Positions 30,330 to 39,239 of a stretch of 64,000 nucleotides of DNA are shown here, one piece after another; positions within the stretch are counted from its first letter, which is position 1, and each line of letters starts with the position of its first letter. The stretch covers positions 31,240-95,239 of the forward strand of contig JACRGX010000056.1 of NCBI GenBank assembly GCA_016212185.1, read 5' to 3'. The notes below the pieces were generated by a model. The model was not told the origin of the DNA. It saw nothing but the letters and a program-made list of their open reading frames with translations, and did no database searches. Made by a program: the position numbers and the translations under genes. Source of the stretch: Nitrospirota bacterium (GTDB lineage: Bacteria > Nitrospirota > Thermodesulfovibrionia > UBA6902 > DSMQ01).

Positions 30330-31703
30330 TTATACAGTCTCAATCCCTGTTCCGCCTTCAGCTACTTTTACGGGCGGCACTAATTCCAGGTCATCAAGAT
30401 AGTCAAGAAAATTTATAAGAAGCAGGTCATTATATCTTTTTGCTACAACCTGAAGGCCAAACGGGAGTCCTTTCGGTCCTGTAAATACCGGCACATTTAC
30501 AGCCGGGACATGGCATAAGGTCCAGATAGGACAATAATCTTTATCCCTCGCCTCTTCTACAGGCGCCTCTCCAAATGAGGACAGGCTTAGCAAAATGTCG
30601 TACTCTTCAAATACGCTGTCAAGCCTGTGAATCAGTGTCCTCTGCTCTTTCAATGCACTTGAATAATTATCAGGCGGATATGAAAACCCGAGTTTAATAT
30701 GATGCTTTAAAACATCACTCATTAACTCAGGCTGTCTGTAATATTCTTCTTTGAAATAATAGGCAAGGTCTGAATTATAGATATGAGAATGAATCGCATG
30801 GACATTTTCAAATCCTTCGGGAAGTCCGGCTTCTTCTATTAATATATTTTCATTTGCCAGTCGGCTGATAAAATCAATGAAGTCCTTCTTAGCATATTCA
30901 GAAACACCATTCCATATACTGCCTTTAACAATACCCACTTTCCAGAATTTTCTTCCTATATCCTTTAACAGTTTTTCTTCTTTGAGGGGATGGTCCCTGC
31001 CTCCTATTCTTGCGGAATCGAACAGCAGCTTAATGTCACGGACTGAACGCGTAAAAAACCCTACCTGGTCCAGAGTTTCCATTGTCTTAAGCACCCCTGT
31101 CCTCGGAATCATGCCAAAAGTGGGTTTCATGGCATATATACCGCAGTAGCTCGCCGGTCGTATCAAGGAGCCTGCTGTCTGTGTACCCAGAGCAACAGGA
31201 ACCATCAAGGATGCAACCGCTGCGGCAGAACCGCTTGAAGAAGTTCCGGGCGTGTGTTTGATATTGTGAGGGTTTCTTGTCGCCCCGGGAAAATGAACGG
31301 CAAATTCGGCAGTAACAGTTTTGCCCATGATTATCCCGTCATCCCACATCATCTGTTCTACAACCCTCGCGTCATTGCCGGCCTTATGCCCCTTCCATAT
31401 CGGACTCCCCATTTCAACAGGGAACCCCCTTGTATTAAATATGTCCTTAACGCCGATTGGAACCCCGCACAGTCTGCCGCAAACCTTACCGCGTGACAAA
31501 TTATTGTCCACTGCGGCGGTCTGTTCAAAGACATGCTCCTCATTAAGAAATTCCCATGCGCTGATTTTCCCCTCCAAACTTCTGATTCTTTCAAGATATG
31601 TCATGGCAACATCAGCGGCGGAAAGATTCCCGGACCGTATTTCTTTGACAATATCAGATGCCGTTTTAATTAATTTGATATTGACTACGCCTGAACTATT
31701 CAT
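30330..31703 (-). CDS. amidase signature family protein
   Basis: GTSSSGSAAAVASLMVPVALGTQTAGSLIRPAS amidase signature (GGSSGG-type). Confidence 0.8.
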   Translation of the reverse strand: MNSSGVVNIKLIKTASDIVKEIRSGNLSAADVAMTYLERIRSLEGKISAWEFLNEEHVFEQTAAVDNNLSRGKVCGRLCGVPIGVKDIFNTRGFPVEMGSPIWKGHKAGNDARVVEQMMWDDGIIMGKTVTAEFAVHFPGATRNPHNIKHTPGTSSSGSAAAVASLMVPVALGTQTAGSLIRPASYCGIYAMKPTFGMIPRTGVLKTMETLDQVGFFTRSVRDIKLLFDSARIGGRDHPLKEEKLLKDIGRKFWKVGIVKGSIWNGVSEYAKKDFIDFISRLANENILIEEAGLPEGFENVHAIHSHIYNSDLAYYFKEEYYRQPELMSDVLKHHIKLGFSYPPDNYSSALKEQRTLIHRLDSVFEEYDILLSLSSFGEAPVEEARDKDYCPIWTLCHVPAVNVPVFTGPKGLPFGLQVVAKRYNDLLLINFLDYLDDLELVPPVKVAEGGTGIETV

Positions 31704-31728
31704 CTAAAAACCGCCGTCTCTGGAGCTA

Positions 31729-32874
31729 TCAGGGCAAACGCCCTGCCGCTCCTTTTCTCTGTCCCTTTATTTCCTTTATTATCTCTGCTTCGCTGAGGCC
31801 TGTAATTTCCATATAATATTTCAGCGCTTCAGGTTTAAGTGAATCATATTTTTTTATCATTTCAAAGCCCTCTTCCTGCGTCAATATGCCGGCCCTGACG
31901 TCTCTGGTGGCATGGTCAGTGGTGCGTCCGAAGCCGCGTTTCAGATATTTTAAATAATCATGCACTCCTGCCATGTTACATTCTACGCTTTTATAACCTT
32001 TGTATGTACCTTCAACATCTCCCTCTCTCCAGCCATATTCCTTCTTTATAAAATCCACCTGCCGTTCATCATCCCAGAATATATAATCTCCAAGATGTAT
32101 TCCTTCAACCCCTGCCTTCCTCATCTCTTCAGCTGTGGGAAACATGAAAGGCCTCAATTCACTTCTTTTAATCTCATCACTTACCATTTGGTCAATGCCG
32201 ACTTTTGAAGATATCTTTTGAAAATATTCCGCGTCATATCTGACAGGGTTAAAGTATGTAGCCTTAGTGCCGTTTTCAGCCGCTGATTCACCCCAAATAA
32301 TAAGTTTTATGCCGAATTTTATGGCTACCTGCAGGGGAAATGCGCCAACCCCTGCGTGGCAGTGCCAGCAGGAGTCGCCTATTTTATAAAGCGACTGTTT
32401 TGCAAGGCGGTCTACAAGGCTTTTCTTGGGTGTGAACATTATATGGTCAATATCAAATTTTTCAAGACAGTTCTGCAAATTATATTTCCCTGTTTCAGAA
32501 AACCATGTATGGCTGAAAGTCACGGCAAGAGGACGCATTCCCAAAACTTTTGTAACAACATGAAGCTGGTATGTGCTGTCTTTACCGCCGCTGATAGGCA
32601 CAATACAGTGATAATTATCCCCTGCAATTTTTTTATTATGCTCCACTTTCTTAAGCAATTCGTTCCATCTGTCTTCCCAGTTTATCTTCATCTTCTGTTC
32701 CGAACTGTTACAACCCGAGCATATTCCTCTCTCATCAAAGGTTATACCCTCAACAGTCTCAGGCAGACAGCAGCGGACACAGTATTTCAACTGGGGGAAA
32801 GGGACTTCAAGCTCTCCTTTTTTTACGGCTTTTTCTGTTTTGATTTTATCAATTAATTTCATAATTGCCTCCAC
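31729..32874 (-). CDS. N-acetyl sugar amidotransferase (PP-loop ATPase; PseA/WbuX-like)
   Basis: N-terminal CxxC zinc ribbon plus IVPISGGKDSTYQ PP-loop (SGGKDS). Confidence 0.75.
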   Translation of the reverse strand: MEAIMKLIDKIKTEKAVKKGELEVPFPQLKYCVRCCLPETVEGITFDERGICSGCNSSEQKMKINWEDRWNELLKKVEHNKKIAGDNYHCIVPISGGKDSTYQLHVVTKVLGMRPLAVTFSHTWFSETGKYNLQNCLEKFDIDHIMFTPKKSLVDRLAKQSLYKIGDSCWHCHAGVGAFPLQVAIKFGIKLIIWGESAAENGTKATYFNPVRYDAEYFQKISSKVGIDQMVSDEIKRSELRPFMFPTAEEMRKAGVEGIHLGDYIFWDDERQVDFIKKEYGWREGDVEGTYKGYKSVECNMAGVHDYLKYLKRGFGRTTDHATRDVRAGILTQEEGFEMIKKYDSLKPEALKYYMEITGLSEAEIIKEIKGQRKGAAGRLP

Positions 32875-32900
32875 GTATCTTTATTTAACCTTAACCCCGG

Positions 32901-33935
32901 TTAGCTGCCTGCTTTATCAATATTATTGTACGTCAATGGCTCTTCGCTATCTATATCCTTTTGGGCGATAAATGAGCTGACAGTATCAAAATCTTCAAAA
33001 GAGACACTGTTTGCAGGTACCGGTCTTAACCAGATGACGTCTGCGGCAGTTATTTTTTGTCCTTTACGGATATTGTATTTAGCATATGCACTGCGGCGCA
33101 GGTTTGTCCTTCCGTATTCCTCAGAGGGCTGGATTTTTCTCGGATAATCTCCCATCATTTTCTCCAGCCGCCTGATGTCCCTGATAAAGTCTGACATCTC
33201 CTTAGGCTCAAGTGAAAGCGCACGGTCCCCCCCGGGAATAGACCGGTCAAGAATAAAATGCTTCTCAATTACAACCGCCCCAGTTGCCACTGCAGCAAGC
33301 GGGGCAAGGGTGTCAGCAGTATGGTCGGAATATCCCACCGGCAACCCGTATCTTTGATTATAAAAAGGTATCAGAGACAGACCTGTTTCATTATCAGGGA
33401 CAGGATACGCGCCGATACAGTGAAGCAGAATTGACCCTTTTTTCGGGAGCATTTCAGCAAGCCTGTCTACCTCCTCCTGCTTGCAAAATCCGGTTGATAC
33501 GAGAACCGGCTTGCCTTTTGAAATAACGTGCCTAAGCAAAGGCAGATTATTTGCATCTCCTGATGCAACTTTGAACGCCGGTACAATATCATCAAGAAAA
33601 TCAGCGCTCTTTTCGTCAAAAGGGGTGCATAAAAATACCATGCCAATAGATTCCGCCTTCTGCGCCAATTCCCGGAAGACTCCTCCGGGAAGAACCATAC
33701 TTTTAAATCTCTCCCTTTGTGTGCCGTGTGATTTATCAGGCACATGTTTAAGCACCGGCGCATCTTTGCTTACAAGGAGCTCCGGGTCAAAAAGCTGGAA
33801 TTTAACGGCATCCGCCCCGCTTGCAGCCGCAGCTTCAAGGGTTTTCATGGCAAGCTCGGCATCGCCCAAATGATTGTTTCCGATTTCGGCAATTATAAAT
33901 GTCTTTCTGCCAATTTCAAAATTACCTATTTTCAT
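32901..33935 (-). CDS. nonulosonic acid synthase (N-acetylneuraminate synthase family, NeuB/PseI/LegI-like)
   Basis: FIIAEIGNNHLGDAELAMKTLEAAAASGADAVKFQ hallmark; C-terminal SAF-like domain. Confidence 0.9.
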   Translation of the reverse strand: MKIGNFEIGRKTFIIAEIGNNHLGDAELAMKTLEAAAASGADAVKFQLFDPELLVSKDAPVLKHVPDKSHGTQRERFKSMVLPGGVFRELAQKAESIGMVFLCTPFDEKSADFLDDIVPAFKVASGDANNLPLLRHVISKGKPVLVSTGFCKQEEVDRLAEMLPKKGSILLHCIGAYPVPDNETGLSLIPFYNQRYGLPVGYSDHTADTLAPLAAVATGAVVIEKHFILDRSIPGGDRALSLEPKEMSDFIRDIRRLEKMMGDYPRKIQPSEEYGRTNLRRSAYAKYNIRKGQKITAADVIWLRPVPANSVSFEDFDTVSSFIAQKDIDSEEPLTYNNIDKAGS

Positions 33936-33965
33936 TTATCAATAAAAAGACGCCCGCAGGCGGTA

Positions 33966-35384
33966 TTACTTTTCATAAAGGTACTTATCTTTCGGTACCC
34001 TGTCCAAATATCCCTCTTTCATGATTTGAGAAGCCAGCCATATTGAAAATTCATTATTTACTACTTCAATGCTTTCATTCTGCGACAGCTCAATAAAACC
34101 GATGGAATTCCCGAGCCAGTCTTTTCCAAGCAGATTTTTTGTCTTAACAATTCGTATGCCGCCGGTCTCCAAATATAGGGTATCGCTGTCTTCCTTCATT
34201 ATCTTTCTGTCATACCCGAATGGCACCAGTCCGCTTGGTCCTGGTCTCCAGTAAAAGTCATAATGCTCCATAACTGAGATCACTGAGTCATAATCATGTA
34301 TCAACATTGTATCAATAGCCTCGGTCAGATGATAAGATTTTATAAAAGGACAGTTTATTGAAATCGTTGCCATTATGTCAGGCATGCTATGCCCCCTTTT
34401 ATCCATCTCTCTGACAAAGTAGCTCACAACTTCACCCCTTGTTACAGTCGGGCTTGCTAATCCCTTTGGGTGCAGTCCCAGCGACTTTGCTCCGTATTTT
34501 ACGGCAATCTCCTCTACTTCCTCATCATCGGTCAATATATAAACATCCTGCATATATTCACATTCCATTAATGCATTAAGGGAATAATTTATGAGCGGCA
34601 TGCCATTTATATCTGCAAGTGCAATCTTAGGAATGCCCGATTTCTTAAGAAAAACTGATTCGCGAATCAATCCAATAACCTTCCTGTCTGCCCCAACTTT
34701 TTCTCTGACAAATTCGTGCTTGACATGCCTGCGCGCCATTGACCGTTTCTCTGAGTTTGTTGACATAGTTCCTTCATGTCTGCGGTAATACATAAGCGGC
34801 AGCCTTACATTATAGACATTGAACCTGTTGATAAAACGGAGCCAGAAGTCATAATCCTCCTGATATTTTAGTTCCTCATTATAACCGCCGATTTCGTCAT
34901 AGCACTGTTTCCTGTACATAGCCCCTGCGCCTAATGGAGCCCTGTCCAGGAGTTTGATCTCATCATTGCTCTTCATCAGCCTGTAATGCTCTATAATATT
35001 GCCGGAGTAGTCAACTTTAAAATAGTCCGAATAGACAAGGTGGACCTCTGGCTTAGAGTCCAGTATCCGGCTTTCAACCAATAAGGCATTTTCATCAAAG
35101 TAGTCATCGGCGTCCAGCCTTATGATGTATTGCCCCCTTGACTCCCTGATTGCAGCGTTGCATGCAGCAGCCAGCCCCACGCCTTTAAGTCTGACGACCC
35201 TGACTTTAGGATGTTTAGTATATTTTTCAAGAACTTCATCCGTATGGTCGGTGCTGCCGTCTTCAGCTATGATAAGTTCAAACTCCTGGCATGTCTGGTT
35301 TAGTACGCTATCTATTGCCTGCCCCAGAAACTTTGCATAATTATGCGCTGTCAGTATTACGCTTATTTTTGGTTTGTCACTCAT
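33966..35384 (-). CDS. bifunctional GT2 glycosyltransferase / cytidylyltransferase-like protein
   Basis: ISVILTAHNYAKFL...IIAEDGSTDHT (GT2) then C-terminal CMP-sugar synthetase-like domain. Confidence 0.55.
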   Translation of the reverse strand: MSDKPKISVILTAHNYAKFLGQAIDSVLNQTCQEFELIIAEDGSTDHTDEVLEKYTKHPKVRVVRLKGVGLAAACNAAIRESRGQYIIRLDADDYFDENALLVESRILDSKPEVHLVYSDYFKVDYSGNIIEHYRLMKSNDEIKLLDRAPLGAGAMYRKQCYDEIGGYNEELKYQEDYDFWLRFINRFNVYNVRLPLMYYRRHEGTMSTNSEKRSMARRHVKHEFVREKVGADRKVIGLIRESVFLKKSGIPKIALADINGMPLINYSLNALMECEYMQDVYILTDDEEVEEIAVKYGAKSLGLHPKGLASPTVTRGEVVSYFVREMDKRGHSMPDIMATISINCPFIKSYHLTEAIDTMLIHDYDSVISVMEHYDFYWRPGPSGLVPFGYDRKIMKEDSDTLYLETGGIRIVKTKNLLGKDWLGNSIGFIELSQNESIEVVNNEFSIWLASQIMKEGYLDRVPKDKYLYEK

Positions 35385-35394
35385 TATTAATTCT

Positions 35395-36393
35395 CTATTT
35401 ACTGTTCTTGAAATATTTAAATGTTTTTTTCAGCCCGGATTTCAGGTCATGTTCCGGTTCAAACCCAAGGATATTTTTTGCCTTTGAAATATCTGCAAAG
35501 TTTCTCTTTACATCACCGGGTCTCTGTTCTGAATAAATAATATTCACATCCCTGCCGGTTTCTTTCTTCACAATTTCCTTTATTGCCTCCGCAATCTCAT
35601 TTACCGTGGTCTCCTTATGCGTAGCGATCTGGAAGACCTCGCCTCCTATGTCAGCCTTCACAGAAAGCATAATAGCATTAATTAGGTCCTCAATAAATAT
35701 AAAATCCCTTGTCTGTTCCCCATTGCCGTAAATCTCAATGCGCTCCCCGGCAAGCGCATTTTTAAAGAATTTTGCCACCACACTGTTTTTATTTTTTGAC
35801 AGATGGCCGTAAACGTTGCTGAATCTGAGGGCTATTGTTTTCACGCCGAAGGTCCTGAAATAGGCTGAACAGTATGCCTCACCTGCAAGTTTGCTTGCAC
35901 CGTATGGTGATACCGGTCTTGGCGCCTTATCCTCATGAACAGGCGGAACAACATCACCCAGCGGGGCCCCGGAAGAGGCAAAAATAAACTTTTTTATGCC
36001 CTGCCGCCTTGATGCTTCCAGCATATTTAATGTTCCAATGACATTTGCCTCCATATCTGCCCTTGGATTTTCAACAGACTGCGGGACGCCCGTGCTTGCC
36101 GCAAGATGGACAACAACATCTACCGAACTGCAGCAACGAATGCAGGCCTCAGGGTTTCTGATGTCGCCGATGACGAGTTCAAGCCCTTCAGGGCGGCCTT
36201 TAAGTGACAATACATCTTTCTCTATAAAAGGTCCGGCTCCTGACAGTGCATCCCTGCTTCCTGAAGAAAGATTATCAAGTATTCTTATATTAACACCCGG
36301 GACTTCTTTCAGCAGTCTGTATATTAATGTGCTTCCTATAAATCCGCAGCCGCCGGTTATAAGCCATGACCGGGCATCTAAAAGTTCAGTCAA
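35395..36393 (-). CDS. NAD-dependent epimerase/dehydratase (UDP-sugar 4-epimerase/decarboxylase-like)
   Basis: ITGGCGFIGSTL, YGASK catalytic YxxxK. Confidence 0.8.
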   Translation of the reverse strand: MTELLDARSWLITGGCGFIGSTLIYRLLKEVPGVNIRILDNLSSGSRDALSGAGPFIEKDVLSLKGRPEGLELVIGDIRNPEACIRCCSSVDVVVHLAASTGVPQSVENPRADMEANVIGTLNMLEASRRQGIKKFIFASSGAPLGDVVPPVHEDKAPRPVSPYGASKLAGEAYCSAYFRTFGVKTIALRFSNVYGHLSKNKNSVVAKFFKNALAGERIEIYGNGEQTRDFIFIEDLINAIMLSVKADIGGEVFQIATHKETTVNEIAEAIKEIVKKETGRDVNIIYSEQRPGDVKRNFADISKAKNILGFEPEHDLKSGLKKTFKYFKNSK

Positions 36394-36405
36394 AATATCA
36401 ATCCC

Positions 36406-37596
36406 CTATTTACCATTAATGAAGTCGCACCTTACCCTCTTCCCGTCCCAGCGGATGTCAGGTATGAGAGCCTCTTTGCGCGCCTCTATTCTGTTTTTGT
36501 ACTTTATAAGGTCCTTTAACATAATGCCGATTTCATGCTCAATATCATGGGTTGGTTTATATCCAAGGTCAAGAAGGCGCTGATGGTCCGGTTTAAAATA
36601 ATGCTCTTCAAGCTCCTTCCTCGGATTAATCAGATTTCTGATCTGAACATCCAGCCCAAAACTATCGCCGACTTTTTTTACCTTCCCGGCGAGTTCAGTA
36701 ATGTCATAAACCTCCTCAAACTGGTTAAACACTCTGTACTCACCGGCTCCAGGAGGATTCTCAACAGTAATCGCCAAACATTGCATTGAGTCCCTCAAAG
36801 GGAGAAAACCCCTTTTCTGATGTCCCTTGCCATAAGGAGACAGAGGATGCCCTATTACCGCCTCACAGCAAAAACGGTTAATAGCCGTACCAAAGCTCTG
36901 GTCAAAATCCAGTCTGGTCAGCAAACGTTCGTCATCGCCCATCTCGTCAATACGCGTTCCGAATACCACACCCTGCATAATATCCGTTGAGCGCAGGTTC
37001 CATATTCTGCACGCCATCATAACATTGTTGCTGTCATGGACCTTGCTCTGATGATACCAGCTACCGGCCTGTTTTGGAAAAGGCAGGTAATCCTTCCTAC
37101 CCCTGAACTCTACTTCAAAGAATCCCTCGGGAATATCAATTTTAGGCGTCCCATATTCTCCCATGGTCCCCAGTTTAACCAGATGGGACTCAGGACATAT
37201 GTCACGCATGGCATAAAGTATATTAAGGGTCCCAACAATATTATTTACCTGTGTCCATGTGGCGTGTTCAACGTCAATCATGCTGTATGGAGCAGACGGC
37301 ATCTCCCCAAGATGTACTATTGCCTCCGGTTTAAAATGCCTGAAAATATTCTCAATAAAATTATATTCCGTAAGGTTCCCCTTGAAAAACCTTAGGTTCT
37401 TTCCGAAGTTCTCGCGAAAAGCCTCAAGCCTCTCCGTCATTTTACATATAGGGGTTGCAGACTGAGACCCCATCTCTTGTACCCAGTCCCTTCTTAAATA
37501 ATTATCCGCTCCAGAAACCTCATGCCCCCTTTTAGTCAAATACATTGCAAGCGCCCAGCCCAGATAACCGTCAATTCCAGCGATAAAGACTCTCAA
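36406..37596 (-). CDS. UDP-sulfoquinovose synthase homologue (SQD1/SqdB/Agl3-like)
   Basis: Long colinear similarity to plant SQD1 recalled from memory: IAGIDGYLGWA, SAPYSMID, VKLGTMGEYGTP, PKQAGSWYHQSKVHD, DQSFGTAINRFC, GHPLSPYGKGHQKRGFL, FRVFNQFEE. Confidence 0.75.
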   Translation of the reverse strand: MRVFIAGIDGYLGWALAMYLTKRGHEVSGADNYLRRDWVQEMGSQSATPICKMTERLEAFRENFGKNLRFFKGNLTEYNFIENIFRHFKPEAIVHLGEMPSAPYSMIDVEHATWTQVNNIVGTLNILYAMRDICPESHLVKLGTMGEYGTPKIDIPEGFFEVEFRGRKDYLPFPKQAGSWYHQSKVHDSNNVMMACRIWNLRSTDIMQGVVFGTRIDEMGDDERLLTRLDFDQSFGTAINRFCCEAVIGHPLSPYGKGHQKRGFLPLRDSMQCLAITVENPPGAGEYRVFNQFEEVYDITELAGKVKKVGDSFGLDVQIRNLINPRKELEEHYFKPDHQRLLDLGYKPTHDIEHEIGIMLKDLIKYKNRIEARKEALIPDIRWDGKRVRCDFINGK

Positions 37597-37759
37597 ATCA
37601 TCTCCCCCTTTAATTATAATTTATACATATATATTTGCCTTTTTGAAGACTGCTCCGCCCTTTCAGTCACATCTAAGCAACCGGCAGAGTTAAGAGTTAA
37701 AAGTTAATTTTTTCTTTTTTGCACTATAACTCTTAACTTATAACTTTCAACTTTTAACT
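37597..37759 (-). promoter_or_regulatory. leader between NusG paralog and first biosynthetic gene with repeated AACT(T/C)TTAACT motifs, T-tract and inverted repeat
   Basis: gagttaagagttaaaagttaattttttctttttt ... aactcttaacttataactttcaacttttaacttta; position matches where NusG-paralog-dependent antitermination leaders occur. Confidence 0.35.
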
Positions 37760-38281
37760 TTATACTCTCTCAACATTAGCCGCTTCTATCTTTACCGCCA
37801 CTCCCTGACGGAGAATATCAACCGAAAGCACCAGCATATGCTGTCCCAGTTTTTCAACGAGTATTCCCTCAACACCGCTCAGGGAGCCGTATTTAATCCT
37901 TACCCTTTGCCCTTCTTGCAGATATGGATAAGGGTCCAGCGTTTCCTTGCTTTCAATAAGTTTTTTAAGCGATATTATTTGTTCGTCAGGGATAGGCTCA
38001 GGCTCTCCGCGTCCTGCGCCGAGGAGCCGCACCACTCCCTTAATCCGGACCACATTTAATATATCCTGCGACCTTTTTGTTGTATAAACAAATATGTACC
38101 CCGGGAACAGGGGAAATGTAACTGCTTTTTTCCTGTCCTTCCATTTTCTGAGCCGCTCCACTGCAGGCAGAAAAGCCTCAATGCCTTTCATTTTAAGCCT
38201 GTCATACACCTGAAATTCATGACGGGACCTTGTATGGACCGCATACCAGTTCTGTTCTGCATTTGCCGTTAGTTCCATCAT
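37760..38281 (-). CDS. NusG-paralog transcription antiterminator (UpxY/LoaP/RfaH-like)
   Basis: NGN domain WYAVHTRSRHEF..LPGYIFV plus C-terminal KOW (GQRVRIKYGSLSGVEGILVEK). Confidence 0.8.
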   Translation of the reverse strand: MMELTANAEQNWYAVHTRSRHEFQVYDRLKMKGIEAFLPAVERLRKWKDRKKAVTFPLFPGYIFVYTTKRSQDILNVVRIKGVVRLLGAGRGEPEPIPDEQIISLKKLIESKETLDPYPYLQEGQRVRIKYGSLSGVEGILVEKLGQHMLVLSVDILRQGVAVKIEAANVERV

Positions 38282-38886
38282 CCCTCTTTAGAAAGCAAAA
38301 ATAATTTTTTTGTATCTGCACCCATATCCATAGCCCTCTGCCTTTCGTTTTCCTTGTCTTTTAAGGATGTAATCAAAATGGCGTCATAATTTAAGCCGGC
38401 TAAATCCTGCGGGGCATAAATGTTATGCCCGAAAAAACCGTTGTCCGCCCTTTTATTGTCAATTATTCCAATCAGATTAAGCGGCAAGCCCCGCAGGGAA
38501 ACATAACATAATTCCGCAACTTCCCCGTCGCCCCATAACAGGAGGTTTTTTGCCCCTGATGAAATCATCTGTTTATAGACATTGTCTATTCTCTGGCGGA
38601 TGTCCTTGAAATAACTCAGGGAGAAATGCATATATTCATAGGTCAATCTTACCTTCTCTGTAAAACCTTTGGGGGTAAGGATATATTTGACCCTGTTTTG
38701 CGGGATAGTGGTAACCTTTATATACCCTTTTTTAGCCAGCCGCTTCATGTAGGCATTCACAAGCCCAAGGGCAACATCAAGCTTGCCCGATAGAGAGCGC
38801 TGTGTGACATGAGGCTCTTTGCTTAATTCGTCAAGGATTCTTAGTGTAATATCATCATCATGCCTGTCAGTCTTAAGCTTGTTCAT
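38278..38886 (-). CDS. Rex-like winged-helix transcriptional regulator with C-terminal Rossmann/CoA-binding-type domain
   Basis: N-term wHTH RLAKKGYIKV resembles Rex ALGKKGYGY; C-term LLLWGDGEVA...LIGIIDNKRADNGFFGHNIYAP...DAILITS parallels Rex NADH-binding domain layout. Overlaps nusG-paralog start by 4 nt. Confidence 0.45.
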   Translation of the reverse strand: MNKLKTDRHDDDITLRILDELSKEPHVTQRSLSGKLDVALGLVNAYMKRLAKKGYIKVTTIPQNRVKYILTPKGFTEKVRLTYEYMHFSLSYFKDIRQRIDNVYKQMISSGAKNLLLWGDGEVAELCYVSLRGLPLNLIGIIDNKRADNGFFGHNIYAPQDLAGLNYDAILITSLKDKENERQRAMDMGADTKKLFLLSKEG

Positions 38887-38948
38887 ATTATGAACATGAT
38901 AAGGGGTTTGAGACGGTTTGTCAAGTAAAATGATAAATTAAGAAGCCT

Positions 38949-39215
38949 CTATTCGCTTCCTATGCCCTTTCTCAGTTTCCTGTCCGCCTTAATAATCTCC
39001 TCTGCATTGTCACCGCTTATTTCCCATGAGTAGTCATTCTTTGCGTCGCGTTTGAGTTTTATCTTCGGGGGTTTTTCAGGTTTTATTTCCCTAATCTCCG
39101 GAATCTGTTTAAATACAGGCTGAACCTGCTGTTTATCTTCCTTGGGCGCGCATGAAAAAATAAATATTACAAAAAAAACCAGCAGCAAACGCTTAACAAA
39201 CATTTTAACCTCCAA
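38949..39215 (-). CDS. small secreted/lipoprotein, hypothetical
   Basis: Signal peptide with lipobox-like FIFSC; 88 aa. Confidence 0.4.
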   Translation of the reverse strand: MEVKMFVKRLLLVFFVIFIFSCAPKEDKQQVQPVFKQIPEIREIKPEKPPKIKLKRDAKNDYSWEISGDNAEEIIKADRKLRKGIGSE

Positions 39216-39239
39216 TTTTTATTTTAAATCATGCTGCAG

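Noticed and set aside
35996-36583. 195-aa plus-strand ORF
   Set aside because: Antisense to the epimerase and SQD1 genes, Ser/Pro-rich with no domain signature; shadow ORF.
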